Part shown: one piece after another, positions 60,113-64,000 of the stretch
Position numbering within the stretch: the first letter of the stretch is position 1
Layout: each line of letters opens with the position of its first letter
Source: a virus
Length of the DNA: 64,000 nt
Virus record (IMG/VR): IMGVR_UViG_3300007734_000760
Coordinates: 95,935 to 159,934 of that record
Strand: one strand, 5' to 3'
The notes under the pieces: model-generated
The model's database searches: none
The model's input: only the letters and a program-made list of their open reading frames with translations
What the model was told of the DNA's origin: nothing
Program-made: the position numbers and the translations under genes

Positions 60113-61180
60113 CTATTCATAGGTTTCTCTTCCTATCTGAATAACTTTTGGGAAGCGAGGAATACCATCACTAGTTAATTCAAAATATTTTATAGTAGCA
60201 GTTTGTCCAATTAACTCATCTTTATGTAGCCATAACTCCTCTAAATATTCATGACTTCCATTTACAGCTGAATCGAATCCATCAAATATTAGTTTACCCA
60301 CCTTATTCTGTAGTTTTCCTTTTCCTTCAACTACACCTTTAATTATAAATTCACTATCCATAAATGACTTGTTTTTTAACAAATAAGATGAACGTTTATT
60401 TTGGTATGGTGAATCTAATACTCTCAGCATTTGTCCTTCAAACCCATCATTAATATATTGTTTATATAATTCAATTACTTCAGCTTCAATACGAGCTAAT
60501 TCAGTAGAAACTAAAACACAACATTTAGGTAGATTTAATGTTTTTAAAAACGCTGTACGTTCAGAAAACACACCATTAAATGATGGGCAATCATATATCC
60601 AATATTGAATATATTTTTTACTTTCAATTAAGTCCTCAGGTTTTGGTTTTGTTTTTTTAACACAAGATATAATTTTATTAAAATCACAACTTTCCTTTAA
60701 AGCAAAAAGTTCTCCATCTAATATTAGATTAGGATTAGACTCAAATAGTGGTTTTAATGATTCAAAAATATGTGGTGACGATACAATTTTTTTTCCATTT
60801 CTACTCCACATACCATCTTTTTTAATAAGAGATCTTACTCCATCTAACTTTTTCTGACTAGCGAGAGGGAATTTAACTTTATCTTTATAATCTTCCCACT
60901 TATTAGCTAACATTGGCTCAAAAAATGTTTCATTATCTATATCAGCAATACTCTCAAATGCTCCTGCTTCTATTTTTTTACGATGCATTGCCGTTGCTTC
61001 TTTTATGGCTTGTTCTTCTGCTGTACAATATGATTTTACTTCACAAGTGGTCCATTCAGATATTGTTTTAATTCCATCATCAAATCCACTTGTTGTTCTA
61101 AATTGATTACCTTGAACTTCAATAAACCAAGTATTTATTTTACCGTTTACTGAGCGTGAGTATAATGTTGTTAATTTCAT
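60113..61180 (-). CDS. ATP-dependent DNA ligase
   Basis: EPMLA, KLDGVR, LDGEL, EGQMLR, LLKNK, GIPRFP. Confidence 0.92.
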   Translation of the reverse strand: MKLTTLYSRSVNGKINTWFIEVQGNQFRTTSGFDDGIKTISEWTTCEVKSYCTAEEQAIKEATAMHRKKIEAGAFESIADIDNETFFEPMLANKWEDYKDKVKFPLASQKKLDGVRSLIKKDGMWSRNGKKIVSSPHIFESLKPLFESNPNLILDGELFALKESCDFNKIISCVKKTKPKPEDLIESKKYIQYWIYDCPSFNGVFSERTAFLKTLNLPKCCVLVSTELARIEAEVIELYKQYINDGFEGQMLRVLDSPYQNKRSSYLLKNKSFMDSEFIIKGVVEGKGKLQNKVGKLIFDGFDSAVNGSHEYLEELWLHKDELIGQTATIKYFELTSDGIPRFPKVIQIGRETYE

Positions 61181-61348
61181 AACCTTTATTTTTAAATATA
61201 AGTTAAATATATTAAATTTAATTAAGGAAGCCTAATTCAATAAAAAAGCTTTAATTGTTAGGTACAATTGGATCTATGTCTTCTAATACTTCGGTTTCTT
61301 GATCGTGTCCTATGCACGGTGGTGTTTTTGGTTTGTTCATATCTTTTA

Positions 61349-61660
61349 TTATTTAAAGTAATCTTCTTTAACTAGAAATTCATGTAAGCCTTTTAAGTCT
61401 TTGCATATCTCTTTGCCATCCTTATCAGTTGCATTTAAGTCTTCTCTTGGGTTACCTGAGAAACCCTCTTTTTCATAGAGATACCAATTTAACCATTCGT
61501 TACCATCTTCAGTTAATACTTCTTCCCAAAGTACTTCAACAGCTCTTTGTATGTCATTCATGACGTCTGATAGATCAATATTACATTTGTAAATTTCATC
61601 CATTTTATTATTGTGACTTATTTGATAGTCAATAATTTGTTTAAATTTTTTGTATTTCAT
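61349..61660 (-). CDS. Hypothetical protein
   Basis: Likely start MKYKKF (AAGTTATG) inside ORF 61349-61684. Confidence 0.7.
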   Translation of the reverse strand: MKYKKFKQIIDYQISHNNKMDEIYKCNIDLSDVMNDIQRAVEVLWEEVLTEDGNEWLNWYLYEKEGFSGNPREDLNATDKDGKEICKDLKGLHEFLVKEDYFK

Positions 61661-61676
61661 AACTTTTCTATTTCTT

Positions 61677-62144
61677 TTACACAATTTTTATAATCTCGTT
61701 CAATCGTCTAATCTCAGCAATTACATCATCACCTAATTCAATTTTAGACATTGCTGTTAAGTCCATTATTTGACAAAATAATAGATTAATTAATTCACTT
61801 TTTGCTTTCTCTCTTGGCGTTGTATCCTCTGGCCAATCTTCAGTATGTTCATATGGTTCATTTTCTAAACCATCATTTAAAGTTACATCCCAATCTTTTA
61901 ATTCAGCTTCTTCAGATGTAATTATCTTAGCGTATTTAGGAAAGTGATCAGGTCCGTTGTTATCATAATCAGTGACTATTTCAAAATCTACTTCTAACCC
62001 TTCATTAGAGTCGTATAGTTTTAAACCATCTATATGGCCATTGTCTATTAATGGATACTGGTTGATTAGTTTAGCATGTGTTCCTTCTTTAACTACTTGC
62101 TTTACTACCCACCCACGATTTGTTTTATTTAATATTCCTTTCAT
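61677..62144 (-). CDS. Hypothetical protein
   Basis: ORF track. Confidence 0.7.
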   Translation of the reverse strand: MKGILNKTNRGWVVKQVVKEGTHAKLINQYPLIDNGHIDGLKLYDSNEGLEVDFEIVTDYDNNGPDHFPKYAKIITSEEAELKDWDVTLNDGLENEPYEHTEDWPEDTTPREKAKSELINLLFCQIMDLTAMSKIELGDDVIAEIRRLNEIIKIV

Positions 62145-62314
62145 ATTAGTCTTGTTTTTATTTCTTTTATTTTTTTCCAGTCTTTTTGTAATTTTTCTTT
62201 AATAGCCAAACGAATAAATTGATTTACATTAACTCCATAATTTTGTAAAATATTTAAACTATTGATTTGCTGTTCAGTAAATCTAATTGTTTTACTTTTA
62301 GTTAGTTGCTTCAT
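62141..62314 (-). CDS. Ribbon-helix-helix-like DNA-binding protein (57 aa)
   Basis: MKQLTKVKTIRFTEQQINSLNILQNYGVNVNQFIRLAIKEKLQKDWKKIKEIKTRLI*; ATGA overlap with next gene; not in ORF track. Confidence 0.7.
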   Translation of the reverse strand: MKQLTKSKTIRFTEQQINSLNILQNYGVNVNQFIRLAIKEKLQKDWKKIKEIKTRLI

Positions 62315-62353
62315 ATTTGAGTTACATTTATTAGTTTTATCAAGTAGTTATCA
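62315..62353 (+). other. Putative attI-like site
   Basis: First cassette boundary G|TTATCAGG at 62347 is not preceded by a hairpin; upstream AGTTACA and AGTTTTA boxes. Confidence 0.45.
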
Positions 62354-62374
62354 GGAATACTACGATTCCGTTTT

Positions 62375-62566
62375 TCAACACGTTTGGTCGCAGTATCCGC
62401 TTAAGCAACATTGCAAAGAACAATATCCTGTTTTATCTTCAAATTTATCATTGCAATCGTCACATAAATCATAACCTTTGCTATTCCAATTGTCTAAATT
62501 ATCTGTAAACTCTTCACATCCTATGCACCATTTATCGCATTTATCTGTTTTTTTTTCGCTTTTCAT
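62375..62566 (-). CDS. Cassette 1 ORF: Cys-rich small protein
   Basis: CxxWCxxC, CDDC and CSLQCCLSGYCDQTC; wholly within cassette 62348-62668. Confidence 0.7.
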   Translation of the reverse strand: MKSEKKTDKCDKWCIGCEEFTDNLDNWNSKGYDLCDDCNDKFEDKTGYCSLQCCLSGYCDQTC

Positions 62567-62598
62567 AACATATTTATTTTTTAATTAATTCGTACTCC

Positions 62599-62674
62599 TG
62601 ATAACAACCGTTACAACCCACCGCCGAATCTACGCAACTACTTAGGCGGCGTGCTGTAGCGGTAAGCGTTATAA
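62599..62674 (+). other. attC-like site 1 (76 nt)
   Basis: TGATAAC-A-ACCGTTACA..CCGCC / GGCGG..TGTAGCGGT-AAGC-GTTATAA. Confidence 0.8.
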
Positions 62675-62680
62675 CCAATG

Positions 62681-62842
62681 CTAAAGAATCGACATTCTAA
62701 ATTCATCATCTTTGCTATCAGTCCCTTCGACATAGATTATTATTTCAGTTCCACTACAAAGCAATTTAAAAGCATAAGTTTGATGCTTCTTTTTCATAGC
62801 CCTTAACCATTTGACCATTTTCCAATATTTCCAGTTAATCAT
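62681..62842 (-). CDS. Cassette 2 ORF (53 aa)
   Basis: MINWKYWKMVKWLRAMKKKHQTYAFKLLCSGTEIIIYVEGTDSKDDEFRMSIL*; not in ORF track. Confidence 0.6.
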   Translation of the reverse strand: MINWKYWKMVKWLRAMKKKHQTYAFKLLCSGTEIIIYVEGTDSKDDEFRMSIL

Positions 62843-62928
62843 GTGTATAGTTTTTAATTGTTTTCTTTATATGTTTTTTTAATCGTGTATAGATTTTGGC
62901 ACTTTTCTTTACATATCATAAGCACTGG

Positions 62929-63005
62929 TTATAACAGCACCTATACGCAATTTTCACACCGCACAAAACCGACACACAACTGCGTATAGCTGCATCACGT
63001 TAGTG
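62929..63005 (+). other. attC-like site 2 (77 nt)
   Basis: TTATAAC-A-GCACCTATACGCAATT / AACTGCGTATAGCTGC-ATCAC-GTTAGTG. Confidence 0.85.
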
Positions 63006-63203
63006 GCAAGGCATCAGACGATAAGTCATAACCGACCAAGTGTAATTACTATTAGGTGCTTTTACAACTGTAAACAACCTTTGAGGCGTTTGTTCTACAA
63101 CTTCAACCTTCGATTTATTTGACAGGTCGTAATCTAGCCAAACAATTTGCCCAGCCACTAACAGCTTTTTTGAGCAAGTGACTTCTGTGTTTAATTTATT
63201 CAT
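63000..63203 (-). CDS. Cassette 3 ORF (67 aa)
   Basis: Starts inside attC3; its stop codon is the TTA of the cassette boundary GTTAG. Confidence 0.7.
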   Translation of the reverse strand: MNKLNTEVTCSKKLLVAGQIVWLDYDLSNKSKVEVVEQTPQRLFTVVKAPNSNYTWSVMTYRLMPCH

Positions 63204-63284
63204 GGTTTTATGTTTTTATTATTAGTTATTAATTTATACATTCGGCAAGCTTTTCCACCTGCTCAAAGACGCAGCACGTTATGT
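63156..63284 (+). other. attC-like site 3 (129 nt)
   Basis: CACTAAC-A-GCTTTTTTGAGCAAGTG / CACCTGCTCAAAGACGC-AGCAC-GTTATGT. Confidence 0.8.
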
Positions 63285-63285
63285 A

Positions 63286-63519
63286 TCATTTTTTCTTGCG
63301 CATCACATCAGTAATAGCATAATTCCATCTTTCCATCAATTCACCATCCGCTTGGTTATGGAAAATTTTAATCATTTCCATACTTGTAAATCTTTCAGGT
63401 GAACCTTTAAGGTAGAAATGAGAATTACCACTTGGTTTATAATCAGGAAATGATTCCGTTTTATAATGTTGTATATCTAATTCTACCAACCAATCTAACA
63501 TCTTTTCTAAATTTTCCAT
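63286..63519 (-). CDS. Cassette 4 ORF (77 aa)
   Basis: MENLEKMLDWL...; fills the cassette from boundary to boundary. Confidence 0.75.
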   Translation of the reverse strand: MENLEKMLDWLVELDIQHYKTESFPDYKPSGNSHFYLKGSPERFTSMEMIKIFHNQADGELMERWNYAITDVMRKKK

Positions 63520-63531
63520 AATAAAAACGAT

Positions 63532-63662
63532 ACATAACAAAGTGTATAAGTAATAACCGAGTTATGTGGTTTATTTAAGTTACTACTTCTATTTAACATT
63601 ATCTTTAATTCAAACTTTTGTACTTCTAAATCGGTTACTACTCATACACTCAACCGTTATCG
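63532..63662 (+). other. attC-like site 4 (131 nt)
   Basis: ACATAAC-AA-AGTGTATAAGTAATAACCGA / TCGGTTACTACTCATACACT-CAACC-GTTATCG. Confidence 0.85.
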
Positions 63663-63672
63663 GCAATATATA

Positions 63673-63808
63673 TCAGTTATCAATACATTTGTCATATAAT
63701 CGTTCTTTAAGCATCCCCTCGATAAGAATAAGATAATTAATTGCATCACCTATTTTCTCCTCAATATATTTATCGGTAAAGTTTACAGTTCCATTATCAA
63801 CTGAATCA
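63673..63808 (-). pseudogene. Headless 3' gene fragment in truncated cassette 5
   Basis: ...DKYIEEKIGDAINYLILIEGMLKERLYDKCIDN* with no plausible start; resembles the C-terminus of DUF1599-like proteins. Confidence 0.5.
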
Positions 63809-64000
63809 CTAAATAAAAATCACATTTCCGTTACTAGTTAATTTACCAAACTTACCATCAGTTACTACACTTCCATTACTATAGATTGTATCACTTATTG
63901 ATAGTTTCATTGTTCCTGCATTAATGATGTCTTCACAATTATGGATATGACCAAACAAGCATAGTTTAGGTTTTAAATCTAACATACGCTTTTTAAGTGA
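63809..64000 (-). CDS. Metallophosphoesterase, C-terminal part (runs off window end)
   Basis: KPKLCLFGHIHN...YSNGSVV. Confidence 0.75.
   Translation of the reverse strand, partial: SLKKRMLDLKPKLCLFGHIHNCEDIINAGTMKLSISDTIYSNGSVVTDGKFGKLTSNGNVIFI

Larger units (their letters stand above)
47650..61235 (-). promoter_or_regulatory. Dispersed early-type promoter repeat (T/A)T(A/T)GGC-N~17-TATATTTAA before most genes
   Basis: Seen at about 50336, 51435, 52687, 53585, 54150, 54450, 54810, 55392, 56495, 57116, 57488, 58436, 59318 and 61203; also near 1760, 5908, 6799, 23960, 41736, 46741 and (+ strand) 43749. Confidence 0.8.
62347..63810 (+). mobile_element. Integron-like gene cassette array (4 complete cassettes plus 1 truncated)
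   Basis: Four TAAC...hairpin...CGTTA sites; each cassette has ends that are reverse complements over 14-16 nt. Confidence 0.85.

Noticed and set aside
873-62474. Numerous + strand ORFs in the track (e.g. 873-1088, 16695-17006, 46347-46664, 62262-62474)
   Set aside because: They are antisense shadows of well-supported - strand genes, with no promoter motif or recognisable protein features
62599-63662. Hairpins as ordinary terminators or as a CRISPR array
   Set aside because: No U tails, the repeats differ in sequence and length, spacers are gene-sized, and the cassette-end complementarity is not explained by either
1-64000. Stop-codon reassignment
   Set aside because: Long intact ORFs and dense coding under code 11; no suppressor tRNA seen

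Overview
This is a very AT-rich segment of a large lytic myovirus-type (jumbo) phage in the standard genetic code, with almost every gene on the - strand. Promoter-like motifs resembling TTG-N~20-TAnnTTTG, an Hc1-like histone protein and SD-less starts suggest a Bacteroidota host (inference). Layout: (1) 1-6.8 kb, MoxR-type AAA ATPase and VWA/metallopeptidase pair, an FAD oxidoreductase split by a homing endonuclease, and a DenV-like glycosylase. (2) 6.9-21.5 kb, probable internal head proteins sharing N-terminal leaders and a shuffled E|IKVFKP module junction, with three Imm5-like domains. (3) 21.6-24.4 kb, exonuclease, primase and GIY-YIG nucleases. (4) 24.8-39.2 kb, baseplate and tail genes. 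(5) 39.6-46.7 kb, sigma factor, HD protein, tmRNA, tRNA-Glu, a tRNA-like element and hpt. (6) 47-61.2 kb, an early-type region of small genes, most with their own promoter, plus RadA-like, DUF932-like, HNH and DNA ligase genes. (7) 62.1-63.8 kb, the most striking feature: an integron-like gene-cassette array with four attC-like hairpins and four complete cassettes whose ends are reverse complements. It has an attI-like first site and a small ribbon-helix-helix gene where intI would normally sit, and no integrase is present in the window. Two repeated candidate structured RNAs with covariation also occur. All protein family calls are by-eye motif recognition, not database searches.
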